A DNA stretch of 64,000 nt from a virus (lineage: Duplodnaviria; Heunggongvirae; Uroviricota; Caudoviricetes): the IMG/VR virus record IMGVR_UViG_3300037313_000454, positions 33,490-97,489 of that record; one strand, given 5' to 3'. A program made the position numbers and the translations under genes. Below are positions 38,566 to 47,760 of this stretch, in pieces. Each line of letters begins with the position of its first letter. Within the stretch, counting starts at the first letter, position 1. Below the pieces are notes generated by a model. It had not been told where the DNA came from. It saw only the letters and a list, made by a program, of their open reading frames with translations, and ran no database searches.

Positions 38566-39210
38566 TCATTCGGGCGCTTCCTGCTGTCGGGCGGGGGAGG
38601 GGGCCGGATTGTGTTCACACGGAAACTGTGGACACCAGCAATGAATCGCGGCGCGGGGCGGCTCTGGCGCGAACGTTTTGCAATCACAGCGATGCGTATG
38701 TCCTGGCGCAGATGTAAGGCAGCTATCGCGCTGCTCGGTGCAGACAATCCCGCCGGTAACGCAACCGGAGTCGATATGCGCAAAGTTGATGTGACCACAA
38801 TTCGCGCAGGTCGCTTGCGGGGCGGCGCACGCTTCTTCCGCTGCCATCACTGTAAAACCGTCGCCATCTTGGGCGGGTGCTGCCGTTGCGGAGTCGCGGC
38901 GGGCGGGAAGTTCAGCCAACGGAATGACCTGTAGCTTTCCTTCGGCCAAGTCCTTCAGCTCTTGGTCGTCAAACTGCATCGCGTGGCCCGTCTTGCGGTT
39001 TTGGAGAAACAGCGTCCGACCTTGCGTAATCGGCGCAGCCTCAGGAACGTGCTTCAATTCCCAATCGCTGGCCGCTACCGGGGTAGAGTCCTGAAGGGCG
39101 GCGGCGATTTTCCGCAAGTCATCCTTCGTTCCGTCCGACATCACGCGCTCATTGGCGATTTGAAGGATTTCGGCGGCGATGCGCTGCTCTCTAGTCTGTT
39201 CGTTAGGCAC
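38566..39210 (-). CDS. hypothetical Cys-rich protein in a GC-rich island
   Basis: Local GC is about 60% against about 48% elsewhere. GTG start. Several overlapping long ORFs, as expected for GC-rich DNA. Confidence 0.4.
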   Translation of the reverse strand: MPNEQTREQRIAAEILQIANERVMSDGTKDDLRKIAAALQDSTPVAASDWELKHVPEAAPITQGRTLFLQNRKTGHAMQFDDQELKDLAEGKLQVIPLAELPARRDSATAAPAQDGDGFTVMAAEEACAAPQATCANCGHINFAHIDSGCVTGGIVCTEQRDSCLTSAPGHTHRCDCKTFAPEPPRAAIHCWCPQFPCEHNPAPSPARQQEAPE

Positions 39211-39439
39211 AACAGCCTACCTTTCTCCATAATGGCTTAGAGTCAATCGGGACTCCACCAATGGTCAGCATAGTGTACTCCCTAGTCTTGGTATTGACTA
39301 GGAAAGAGTCGCCGGGAGTAGACCACGCCTCTACCCAGCCATGTCCCCATTCCGAATCAACATACGCACGGGTCAACGGCATGTTAATCATGCTAGCCAC
39401 TTTGTAAGTCTTCTTGATTGAAAGTCGTTGTCTTGCCAT
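39203..39439 (-). CDS. hypothetical protein
   Basis: 78-aa ORF. Confidence 0.4.
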   Translation of the reverse strand: MARQRLSIKKTYKVASMINMPLTRAYVDSEWGHGWVEAWSTPGDSFLVNTKTREYTMLTIGGVPIDSKPLWRKVGCCA

Positions 39440-39990
39440 TTAATTTTTCCTACGCGGGGACTTTTCTGCACATTGTGCAGTCTTACCATCGAGTTTACGT
39501 ATGATTCGACGCACTTCGTTTCTGAATAAGTGCATGTCACCATCTTTACCGCCGAATCGCCAGAACGTCTTTGTGATTGCGTCTACTGCTTCAGAAGCGC
39601 TCATACAAATCCTTAAAAAATAGGTGGGATAGCCTCATCATCGCCGCTGCGTATTCGCCGGGAACTGGACAGGTTCTTTTAGAAGCTTCCGGTTACTGAG
39701 GCAACTCGATTCTGCTGGACTTATTGCCATTGCCAGACAATCAGCTAGATGAACGATTTGACACTGTCCATGCTTCTCGTAACTAGCTACCCCACCATCT
39801 AGGGTAAAAACTCTTTATACTTCTTCTCTACAAGCCGCTTGGAAGTAGCTTATAAAGTACCAGAGAACTTGTTTAGCAATAAATCGACATTGACTACAAT
39901 CTTTGAATTTTTCAGGCCGAATAGGACAAGCCTTATTGCAGTCATGGATTATGATTGTTAGCCTATCTAGAATTTTATCTTTCATAAACT

Positions 39991-40370
39991 TTGGGGTGAC
40001 AGACGGGGCTTGAACCCGTAACCATCTGTGTCACTTTGTTGTGCACACTGTGCGGGGGTATTGTCCGCCCAGTCTGAATAACAAATGGTAAGGACTTACG
40101 TATTGCCTTACCGCAGTGCTTTACCTCGACTCGCCATAGTAGTAGACGGAATTCTAGCTGGCCAATGCTGCATCACCGGACGCTAACAGTGAACTTCAGG
40201 GAGTGGTTTGAATCTGTTTGCCAAACAATGGGCCGCGTCCTTGACCTACTACTAACTAGTGTCACGGGGCCTTGCACCCCCGCCGACTGCATTTTCAAAG
40301 GTCTTCGCCAGTATACACCTAATTACGCGGTAATGCACCACTCGATGTAAACTGATTAAGCTACTGTCAC
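39991..40370 (-). ncRNA. tRNA-like-bracketed structured RNA (Y-RNA-like family), about 380 nt, CCA encoded
   Basis: 5' GTGACAG at 40364-40370 pairs perfectly with the 3' CTGTCAC that follows T-arm ACGGG-TTCAAGC-CCCGT. Discriminator C and CCA are at 39991-39993, followed by AAGTTTATG. Confidence 0.45.
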
Positions 40371-40378
40371 CATAAACT

Positions 40379-40628
40379 TGGTGTAGGCAGTGGGACTCGA
40401 ACCCACTTACTGCTTTAATCCGCGCTGTTCTATAGAGACTTATTCTAATGCCCATAGGGACTCACATAGTTACGTCTCTATCTACGCATGGCGGGGACGT
40501 TACAACCACGAACTACTCCGAAGAACAGGCTCGAAAGCGTGACTTCAAGGACGAGAGGCCGAAGCGTCTCTAATAGTGCGTGTTTTGTCGTTGTAACCAC
40601 AGTGTTTTAACCTAATAAACTATGCCCA
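40379..40628 (-). ncRNA. tRNA-like-bracketed structured RNA (Y-RNA-like family), about 250 nt, CCA encoded
   Basis: 5' GTGGGCA-TA-GTTT-ATTAGGTTA-AAAC has a D-arm-like start. The 3' end is GTGGG-TTCGAGT-CCCAC-TGCCTAC-A-CCA. The acceptor pairs 7/7 with one G-U. A UUCG-capped hairpin is inside. Followed by AGTTTATG. Confidence 0.45.
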
Positions 40629-40636
40629 CATTTTGG

Positions 40637-41092
40637 CTACGTGTAGGATTCGTTGACAAGCTCTCTACACTGCTCTAACAAAAACTCTTTTTCTTCCTTT
40701 TCCGTCTCGAACGCTTCTGTCATGTTATAGGCGTGTTCGTTTTCGCCAGTGCGTTCACGGGTAAGGTGGCTGTCGTCGCCCAGTGCCACGTCAAAGGCAT
40801 CGTCAGGGGCGGGTTCGGTATTGACACGGCGCATTTGCCGTTCTATCGCTTTGTTCTTCGTAAAATGAGTGCTGATGAGGTCGCCGGATGGAGTGTATTC
40901 ATCGTAGCGGCGAAGTGGAAGGACATCCCCTTTAATTTCAAGGCAGGGGACACATTGCTCGGCGCGGGGATTCGCTTTCAGACGTTTATCTGACAGCGGT
41001 TCCCCGCACTCAGAGCATGACCGACCTGTTCCAACCATACTCCCGTTGGAATCTAGGGCGTTGCTTACTACTGCTAACGATGGTGAGGCCAT
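40637..41092 (-). CDS. DksA/TraR-family C4 zinc-finger protein
   Basis: CSECGEPLSDKRLKANPRAEQCVPC fits C-x2-C-x17-C-x2-C. Confidence 0.6.
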   Translation of the reverse strand: MASPSLAVVSNALDSNGSMVGTGRSCSECGEPLSDKRLKANPRAEQCVPCLEIKGDVLPLRRYDEYTPSGDLISTHFTKNKAIERQMRRVNTEPAPDDAFDVALGDDSHLTRERTGENEHAYNMTEAFETEKEEKEFLLEQCRELVNESYT

Positions 41093-41326
41093 GTGCCTTC
41101 ACTCTCTTTCGTTTTTGGAGTATACAGCAGACCGATTCACTTGCTTTTCATCCTTACACCGTCGAATCAGTGGTAAAGCCGGGGTAAGGTGTGACTGATG
41201 AGTCAGTCATTCGGTGTTTCATCGGGGTTCTCCTTTCGTATGAGAACTTTATATATTCTCTGCTCTCCCGTTCAGCCTCTCGCCAAGCTGTTGGTTGAGA
41301 ACCCCAGTTACCGATTTAGTGGACTC

Positions 41327-41355
41327 ACTATATCACAAATTTAGTTGTTTGTCAA
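41327..41355 (-). promoter_or_regulatory. sigma70-type promoter, TTGACA-17-TGaTATAGT (minus strand)
   Basis: Reverse complement of 41350-41355 is TTGACA and of 41327-41332 is TATAGT. Long leader of about 230 nt carrying a small uORF. Confidence 0.55.
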
Positions 41356-41587
41356 GCACTTTTTGCGCTCTAACCCATGCACAATCTGTTTGGTGAGGGT
41401 CTGTCTCGTAGCTATTGCACCATAAACAATATCCCCATTCTTCTCCATAAGGTACAGACGGATTTGCCGCGCCTGTTAATAGCGCACGAAGTGCTTCAAG
41501 TGCTTCATTCATGCTAGCTACCACGGCGGACATAACCCAAGTCCACCCATTTCTTGATTTTGTCGGCCAGTTTCTTGATGCCCTCAC
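41333..41587 (-). CDS. hypothetical protein
   Basis: 84-aa ORF. Confidence 0.35.
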   Translation of the reverse strand: MRASRNWPTKSRNGWTWVMSAVVASMNEALEALRALLTGAANPSVPYGEEWGYCLWCNSYETDPHQTDCAWVRAQKVLDKQLNL

Positions 41588-42305
41588 GGGTCAACCCAGC
41601 CACACCCGGCGCGGTATTGACTTCAAGGACATAGAATCTACCGTCCTTACCTTTGAGGATGTCCACCGCACCGAAGTCCAGTTCCATCGCCGCGACCGAC
41701 TTAGAGGCCAACTCGAACGCTTCGTTCGGCAATTCAGCGAAGGGTACGAACTTGAATGCAAAGCCGTTGCGATAGTTGCACCCGATGAACCGATACTTGT
41801 CAGGGTACACCATCTCTTTTTCGTATGCGCCAAGGTGACGCTTACGATATACCCAAAGACGATACTCCGTCAAGCGGGGAATGTACTCGGTAAAGAACGC
41901 TGCCCCAGCCGCCATACGCCACGACAGTTCTTCGGGTTGGAAGACAGGCATGATGTCCTTGCCGTGCATATGCGTTTCCTTACGCGCCAGCAATGGATAG
42001 GTGGGGGCGTCGTTGCGGTAGTCCCCACCAAGCTGCTCAAGCGACAGGGAACCATCGTCAACTTTCGGAACCCAGACTGGTACGGTACGAATACCACGAC
42101 GAACCAGTATTCCCAGTTCATCGAGCTTCGTGCGTCCGCCTGAATTGGCGTTGAGAGCAGGTTTGCTCCCTGTATACTTCACGCCATAGTTGACGACGGC
42201 ATCCCCGTCGCTATTCACGATTGACAAGCCGCGCTCACGCAGCAACTCGGCCAAAATGCGACCAGTCGGCTGACAATTCGCGGCAACGCGCAGTTCAATA
42301 CTCAT
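41514..42305 (-). CDS. ATP-grasp ligase (RimK-like)
   Basis: ELDFGAVDILKGKDGRFYVLEVNTAPGVAG is the ATP-grasp C-terminal signature. Confidence 0.65.
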   Translation of the reverse strand: MSIELRVAANCQPTGRILAELLRERGLSIVNSDGDAVVNYGVKYTGSKPALNANSGGRTKLDELGILVRRGIRTVPVWVPKVDDGSLSLEQLGGDYRNDAPTYPLLARKETHMHGKDIMPVFQPEELSWRMAAGAAFFTEYIPRLTEYRLWVYRKRHLGAYEKEMVYPDKYRFIGCNYRNGFAFKFVPFAELPNEAFELASKSVAAMELDFGAVDILKGKDGRFYVLEVNTAPGVAGLTREGIKKLADKIKKWVDLGYVRRGS

Positions 42306-42525
42306 TTCGTCTCCATCTCAGCGGCTTCTTGTAGCCGCATGAGCAGTTAAACTTGGGGTCGTAATACTCAGAAACGGTTGGCAGCGCGTCGTATACTTTA
42401 CGACCGCATGAGGGACAGTAGATACGTACTACTGGCCACGGTTTACGCGACGGCGGCTTGGAGGTTGGGTGTTTTGCCATAAGGGAAGCCACCTTTCGTA
42501 CCGACATCCATGCCGGAACTGGCAT
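42295..42525 (-). CDS. zinc-ribbon protein
   Basis: CPSCGRK...CSCGYKK. Confidence 0.4.
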   Translation of the reverse strand: MPVPAWMSVRKVASLMAKHPTSKPPSRKPWPVVRIYCPSCGRKVYDALPTVSEYYDPKFNCSCGYKKPLRWRRNEY

Positions 42526-42724
42526 AGGTACATTTCAGGCAACCCATATACATATGGTACAGGCCGTCTGAGTCAGCGATAGGGAGACGCTTCACAACCA
42601 AGTCATGGTCGCAAAACTGTTCCTCAATGTAGTTAATAATTTTGGTTATCAAAGTAGACACTCGCAAGGTTAGGGAAATTGTTCTTAAGCACTTGACGGA
42701 CGCGGCCAGCGTGGTAAGTGGCAT
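42443..42724 (-). CDS. hypothetical protein
   Basis: 93-aa ORF. Confidence 0.35.
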   Translation of the reverse strand: MPLTTLAASVKCLRTISLTLRVSTLITKIINYIEEQFCDHDLVVKRLPIADSDGLYHMYMGCLKCTYASSGMDVGTKGGFPYGKTPNLQAAVA

Positions 42725-42869
42725 GGAACTTGGTTCCCACGTTTTCAGACGGCTTTACCAAGGTACGGCAGGCAATAGCCGAACTGATTTGTAACGTCTG
42801 GAAATCGCCATACGGCATTCCCAAGACACGGCGGCTGAAAAAGTCACGGATTGCGTATTTAATCTTCAT
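42633..42869 (-). CDS. hypothetical protein
   Basis: 78-aa ORF. Confidence 0.35.
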   Translation of the reverse strand: MKIKYAIRDFFSRRVLGMPYGDFQTLQISSAIACRTLVKPSENVGTKFHATYHAGRVRQVLKNNFPNLASVYFDNQNY

Positions 42870-43345
42870 AAAAACTCCTCTTCATCAGGCGTTTCTGTAA
42901 ACGTGGGTACGTCGTTCCAGCTTCCAAAGCTGGCACTAAAAGTATTCTTCTTTGGTGTTCCAGCGCGTTTGGTTACAACCGCATCTTCAAACACCACGAC
43001 TACACCACGCTCGGCTAAGAATTTATGAATCTTGGACTCACGCTCATCTTCTTTAAGATGGGGGTCATCATTCAGCCGGATAAGCTCTAGTACATCCGCA
43101 GTATCGGCATGGGAGCGGGTCACCATCCAGTGTAGTGGCGGTGCGAACATCTCATTGCGTTGCAACACTTTGTGGGCAACGATAGAAGGTAACCGCTTCT
43201 TATCGCAGTAGTTAGCATAACCCATGTCGCCCAAGATGAATCCGACGATATCGAATTTCTGCGTTTCGGAGTTATACAGGTAGGCGTCTTTTTCAGCCGC
43301 TTCCTTACCGCGATGCCAGCGATTGCGCTGTACGTGCAAAGTCAT
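42866..43345 (-). CDS. hypothetical protein
   Basis: 159-aa ORF. Confidence 0.45.
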   Translation of the reverse strand: MTLHVQRNRWHRGKEAAEKDAYLYNSETQKFDIVGFILGDMGYANYCDKKRLPSIVAHKVLQRNEMFAPPLHWMVTRSHADTADVLELIRLNDDPHLKEDERESKIHKFLAERGVVVVFEDAVVTKRAGTPKKNTFSASFGSWNDVPTFTETPDEEEFL

Positions 43346-43354
43346 GACCGTTCC

Positions 43355-43714
43355 TTAAAGTATGGCATTATAAGGCTCGTTTGGGGTGAGGTTTAGAACT
43401 GTGTAAATCAGTTCCGGTTTGAGGGCAAATGGGTACATACCCTTTTGGCAACGTTTGACAGCCATTTCGCGCACATTGTCGTGAATGTCCGTGAGGAGTC
43501 TTTCCCGCTCTTTGTCGGGAAGACGCACGTTTGACTGGTTGGAGAACACAAGGTACTGGAATTTTGTGACCAATCCCTGTGGGAAACCTTCCCAATCTTC
43601 AGGTTTTTCGCTCTTAAGCATGTTGACCACCTGCTGGGCTTCCATGCAAAGGACAGCTTCCTTCTGTTGCCGTTCAAGCGCGAGGAAGGTGCATAAACAT
43701 TGATTTCTTGTCAT
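43355..43714 (-). CDS. hypothetical protein
   Basis: 119-aa ORF. Confidence 0.45.
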   Translation of the reverse strand: MTRNQCLCTFLALERQQKEAVLCMEAQQVVNMLKSEKPEDWEGFPQGLVTKFQYLVFSNQSNVRLPDKERERLLTDIHDNVREMAVKRCQKGMYPFALKPELIYTVLNLTPNEPYNAIL

Positions 43715-43812
43715 GTGATTTTTGTCACTCCATCAGGGGCAGGGTATCTCTACCCCGCCCCCAACTGTCCATCAGCGTAAGGACTTTAAGAATCCAATAG
43801 CCACTCGCCTTA

Positions 43813-45396
43813 CTAGTGACTTTGCTCGAAAGGGACGACTTCTCCGGGGGTGGATGGCTTATCCACTTCAACTTCCTGATAATGCAGCGGCAGTTTACCG
43901 CCATCATCAGTCATGCGTTCCAACTCTTCCAGCCGTTCTTTAGCGCGTTCCTGATAGGCTTCGTCAGCGGCAGCCGCTTGTTTTTCATAGTCAGCGTCCT
44001 CTTCTGGCGTCTCACCACCCGGAACAACGCCATCGCTGCCGTCGTCCGTGCCCATAGAGAAGCACTGCATACACATGAACGTCTTGTCTTGCGTAGCAAC
44101 CACCATGTCAGAGCCTTCGAGAACGTCGCCACACCCGTCACAATCCATCTTCTGGATTTCATCCGACTTGAACAGAGAGGTCACCATCATAACATCTTCC
44201 GGCAACCGATTCAAGCGGTATCCAGCAATGGTGTCAGGATACTGATTGGCACATGCTTCGCAAGCGAACTCGTCATTCTCCATGACATAGTAATAATCGC
44301 CATCGAAGATTTTGATGCCGCAGTAACCGCACGGCCAATTGTCCTTGGAGTGTTGATGACTGATGTCCTTGGCGGCATTTTCAATCATCCTCTTGATGCG
44401 CTCCGTGGAACTCATGTAGCGGTACTGCGCGTCCGACGTTTTGTCTTCGGTTTTAACAAGCGGTCGGTTATCGGTTCCCATAACGACCACTTTGTCGCTG
44501 CTTTGGCCTTGTGAAAGACGGGGCGTCTGGTTAGTCACAAAGTTCTGACCTGTGGTGCTGTCATGCACCCAGCGGCGTTTCTCAACGCCTTCACTGTCCT
44601 TGTAATTTTCCCAGTGCCCATTCACGTTGTCGTTCTTGCTGTTGCCGAGATTGTGCCAATAGGACTCATTCTCCCAGTCCTGCTCGGTGTAAACGCCATA
44701 CGAAGACTTGGAATTGTCCTGCCACGTACCATACTTACGGGTATCGTAGTCGGCAAATTCAAGCTTCATGTCACGGAAAAGGGAGTTGCCTTCCAAGCGA
44801 TAAAGCTGGTTCTCTTTAAGCTTGAACCACACTGCCCCTTTGAGCAGCCCCGCCATACGCAGTGCGACTTCCAGCGAATCTTTCGTGCTGGCGAAAATCC
44901 ATGCATTCTCGGTACGGGCAAGGGTTAACTCGCCCCCATTGAACCGTCCCAGATAGAGCTTATCGTCCTTCCAAAAGACGATTGCACCGTATGCAGAGAT
45001 TTCGGACAACGGACGTTCTTCTGCGATATGGTAGAAGATATGCTCGGAGTCAACTTCACACTTCCGCTCATATTTCTTCTGCAACTCATCGTGATTGCGC
45101 ACGACCCCATTGTGCATCCCCAGTACGTTCTTGATACGGAATGGGTGAGAGTTGTCCTTCACGGTTGCGCCCGTGGTTGGCTGCCGAGTATGGAGGGCAG
45201 CTTGTTTATGTCCAAGGAAAGTAGCGTTCATTCCCTCAGTGATTTCACCGAGAGATTTGATGATTTGCTCCTTTCCATCCGTCCAACCCCAAGATTTCCT
45301 ACCGCGAGTCTCCATATAAATCGCAAGGATGGGGTATGCAATGTTAATCCTGCTGTCGTACTGGTTCCAGCAAGAGTAGCCAGCTATTCCACACAT
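43813..45396 (-). CDS. class II (Ntn) glutamine amidotransferase with C-terminal zinc fingers
   Basis: N-terminal MCGIAG is the Cys nucleophile after Met. C-terminal CxxC...CxxC pairs follow. Confidence 0.6.
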   Translation of the reverse strand: MCGIAGYSCWNQYDSRINIAYPILAIYMETRGRKSWGWTDGKEQIIKSLGEITEGMNATFLGHKQAALHTRQPTTGATVKDNSHPFRIKNVLGMHNGVVRNHDELQKKYERKCEVDSEHIFYHIAEERPLSEISAYGAIVFWKDDKLYLGRFNGGELTLARTENAWIFASTKDSLEVALRMAGLLKGAVWFKLKENQLYRLEGNSLFRDMKLEFADYDTRKYGTWQDNSKSSYGVYTEQDWENESYWHNLGNSKNDNVNGHWENYKDSEGVEKRRWVHDSTTGQNFVTNQTPRLSQGQSSDKVVVMGTDNRPLVKTEDKTSDAQYRYMSSTERIKRMIENAAKDISHQHSKDNWPCGYCGIKIFDGDYYYVMENDEFACEACANQYPDTIAGYRLNRLPEDVMMVTSLFKSDEIQKMDCDGCGDVLEGSDMVVATQDKTFMCMQCFSMGTDDGSDGVVPGGETPEEDADYEKQAAAADEAYQERAKERLEELERMTDDGGKLPLHYQEVEVDKPSTPGEVVPFEQSH

Positions 45397-45408
45397 AATT
45401 GTTCGTCC

Positions 45409-47076
45409 TTAATCGTTCGTATCTAGGGATTGGTGCGCAAAAGCATCTTGTATCATCTGCTTAAAGCGCGGCATTTCATTGTCCTGCTGTTCCCACTTCG
45501 TTTTTGCATATTCTTGCAATTCACGGGGCAGGATAGCAAGTAAAGCTTCTCTCGAATCACGCGGCAACTGTCGAATCTGCTGCTCACTCATCTTGGAAGC
45601 GGCTTCCACTACATGACCGCAGATGAGTGCCCAGTTGACAATCTCGTTGTAATCCGTAGTTCCTTCTTTGTGTCGGAATTCCACCGTACCACGCATGAAG
45701 AAACTATGCAAGTTCAACGCCTTGTAGCGGACATCCTCATACTTATGAGACTTTGTCTTTGCCAACGCCGCGCCAATCTTGCGATATTCCTCTGACTTCT
45801 TTCGTTCGGGAACCATTGCGTACACTGGCGCACCAGTCTCGTCATAGCGAATCAGTTTACGCACTTTCTTGACGGGGAGCTTCTTCTTGTCTTTGCCACG
45901 AGTGTTCTCCGGCAACTTTGCTCCGTCCCGGTACATCTTGCTCAATTGTTCCTTACGGAAATCTTTCGGGTTCGTCTGCTTGGTCAGGTAGAACCTGCCA
46001 CAAGGCCGCGAATAACGGCTTTCCAAGCGGACAGGGTTAACCAAGCCAAACATAGCCTGCTCAACCCTGTAATACAGCATCACCAAACGCCGCAAGTCAT
46101 AATGGGTATATGCCGAACGCTGGTCATACACCATATCGCCTTGCGAGTTAGTGATTACCGTACCATCGTCCTTGACCAATGGAGTTCCTTTGACATTGAT
46201 GTGAACGTGCATACCGCAGGAAGTAGAACAGCCCGCCTTGATGTCAGCCAGACCGTCGCACAGTTCCTTAATATGCGTCAGGAACATATCACCGTTGCAA
46301 GGGTTAGTGTTAATCTCGAAACCGCCTTCATCGAGTGAACCGTCGCGCACCACCGGGTCTTTCCACTTGTTAATGGCGTTGTTGACCTTTGTACTGCGGC
46401 GGTTACGGTCTACTTTATCGACTTCCATCTCGACGGAGATGTGACGGCGCAATGGGTTGCGTTTAAACTGTCCTTTAGCAAATACCGAGTGGAACATCTG
46501 GAATTTGCCGTTGCGGAAGTCAACTCCGGTCATGTTACATGCACAACACCTGTGGCATAGACCACACGGCCTTTCTTCAGTGAAGTCATACCGTAAAGAG
46601 GTATGGAAATTGCTCTCAGACATCTCGGTGTAGCGGCGATTGCACTGTTCACAACGTACACAAGCGCAATGGTCTTTACACTGCTGGCAAGACTGGCAGA
46701 ATCCCCTGCGACTGGTCGTATGCATACTGTTATGCTGACACACAAGCTCTGCGCAGTGATTATGACAATGATGGCAATAGTTGCACCATTCTTCAGTCCG
46801 CTCTTTGTACGTGTTACCTTCAGGACACTTGGGACAAATCCAGCATTTGCAACACTTACCGAGACACAGTAAGCAGTTCTGACATAACACATCACTGCTG
46901 CGGGAAACCATGGTAAGGCAGGCACGACACGCCATACAGTTGCAGCAAGACTCAGCACAACGGCCACAGCCGGGGCACAGTTCTTCTGGTCGATAAGTGA
47001 TGCCGCAATTGCTACACGTACTGCATTCTGTGCATTGCGGTAGCCCACAACCGAGACAGTTTTCAAGTACAGGCAT
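45409..47076 (-). CDS. Cys-rich protein with C-terminal amidoligase-like (GS-fold) domain
   Basis: About 200 aa N-terminal with more than 60 Cys. The C-terminal part has EGGFEINTNP...GMHVHIN, resembling ORF 48604..49491. Confidence 0.4.
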   Translation of the reverse strand: MPVLENCLGCGLPQCTECSTCSNCGITYRPEELCPGCGRCAESCCNCMACRACLTMVSRSSDVLCQNCLLCLGKCCKCWICPKCPEGNTYKERTEEWCNYCHHCHNHCAELVCQHNSMHTTSRRGFCQSCQQCKDHCACVRCEQCNRRYTEMSESNFHTSLRYDFTEERPCGLCHRCCACNMTGVDFRNGKFQMFHSVFAKGQFKRNPLRRHISVEMEVDKVDRNRRSTKVNNAINKWKDPVVRDGSLDEGGFEINTNPCNGDMFLTHIKELCDGLADIKAGCSTSCGMHVHINVKGTPLVKDDGTVITNSQGDMVYDQRSAYTHYDLRRLVMLYYRVEQAMFGLVNPVRLESRYSRPCGRFYLTKQTNPKDFRKEQLSKMYRDGAKLPENTRGKDKKKLPVKKVRKLIRYDETGAPVYAMVPERKKSEEYRKIGAALAKTKSHKYEDVRYKALNLHSFFMRGTVEFRHKEGTTDYNEIVNWALICGHVVEAASKMSEQQIRQLPRDSREALLAILPRELQEYAKTKWEQQDNEMPRFKQMIQDAFAHQSLDTND

Positions 47077-47085
47077 ATCTATCCT

Positions 47086-47322
47086 TTATGCGAAGAGAAC
47101 CCGTTGTTTAATGACTTTTCCATCAGGTAAGGTCGTAATTTTGAGTAACCGATGGTCGCACTGGGTACAACCCTCTAATATCTTGCCGTACACTTCAGCA
47201 AGGCGGCGATTAGGCCACGCATTGGAGTCATTTTCCCAATGTTTGTGCTTCTTGCTCTTACGTTGCCATTGGTAATGAACGGTAGGTTTCATAGAAATCT
47301 TGTGTACAGATGGCGAATACAC
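47086..47322 (-). CDS. hypothetical protein
   Basis: 78-aa ORF. Confidence 0.35.
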   Translation of the reverse strand: MYSPSVHKISMKPTVHYQWQRKSKKHKHWENDSNAWPNRRLAEVYGKILEGCTQCDHRLLKITTLPDGKVIKQRVLFA

Positions 47323-47386
47323 CCGCTGATTTGGGGTATACAGTTACAGACAAACTGTAGGGCTGATGGAAGAATGACGGTTTCGA

Positions 47387-47710
47387 TTACGCACATGCCT
47401 TGTCTTCGACCTCATGGAGACGATGGACGTTAAGGAAAAGTTCCAGTGGATTGTCGGCGCGATAATAGCCGACAGTTTTGCCGTACTGCCGTATGACCTC
47501 ATACCACTTCCCGTCTTCGTCGAACCGGATGTAGCCAAACCACATCTTTTTGGTATGATGATTAGCTACCTTAGACGTATCGTTTTCCAATTCGTCTACC
47601 TTGGCTAAGTCAATCTGCATCTCGGTGCTGTCGAAGATTGTTCCAGCCGTTGGTCGTTTCAAGAACTGGTCAAACGTGTTATCTTCGATAGGTAATGCTT
47701 GGAAACTCAA
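47387..47710 (-). CDS. hypothetical protein
   Basis: 107-aa ORF. Confidence 0.4.
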   Translation of the reverse strand: MSFQALPIEDNTFDQFLKRPTAGTIFDSTEMQIDLAKVDELENDTSKVANHHTKKMWFGYIRFDEDGKWYEVIRQYGKTVGYYRADNPLELFLNVHRLHEVEDKACA

Positions 47711-47730
47711 GGGATTACTCCTGATTGTTG

Positions 47731-47760
47731 GTTATACCGCAACAACTAGTTCTTTGTCAA
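47731..47760 (-). promoter_or_regulatory. sigma70-type promoter, TTGACA-18-TATAAC (minus strand)
   Basis: Reverse complement of 47755-47760 is TTGACA and of 47731-47736 is TATAAC. Confidence 0.4.

Noticed and set aside
39440-39603. 55-aa minus-strand ORF upstream of 39439
   Set aside because: It contains the TGCACATTGTGCA palindrome inside an otherwise regulatory-looking intergenic region. Below the size cutoff.
39991-40370. tmRNA (ssrA) interpretation of the 380-nt tRNA-like RNA
   Set aside because: The acceptor is GUGACAG rather than GGGG.../tRNA-Ala-like with G3-U70. The internal GCAAAC... frame ends EVHC rather than an ALAA-type tag.
40252-40455. 67-aa minus-strand ORF and the 40165..40350 plus-strand ORF
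   Set aside because: Both read straight through the T-arm/acceptor/CCA element. They are almost certainly noncoding.
43816-44514. Long plus-strand ORFs (for example 43816..44514, 48613..49386, 49700..50380, 55060..56436) opposite minus-strand genes
   Set aside because: They are shadow ORFs antisense to genes with clear domain signatures. They have no RBS or start context.
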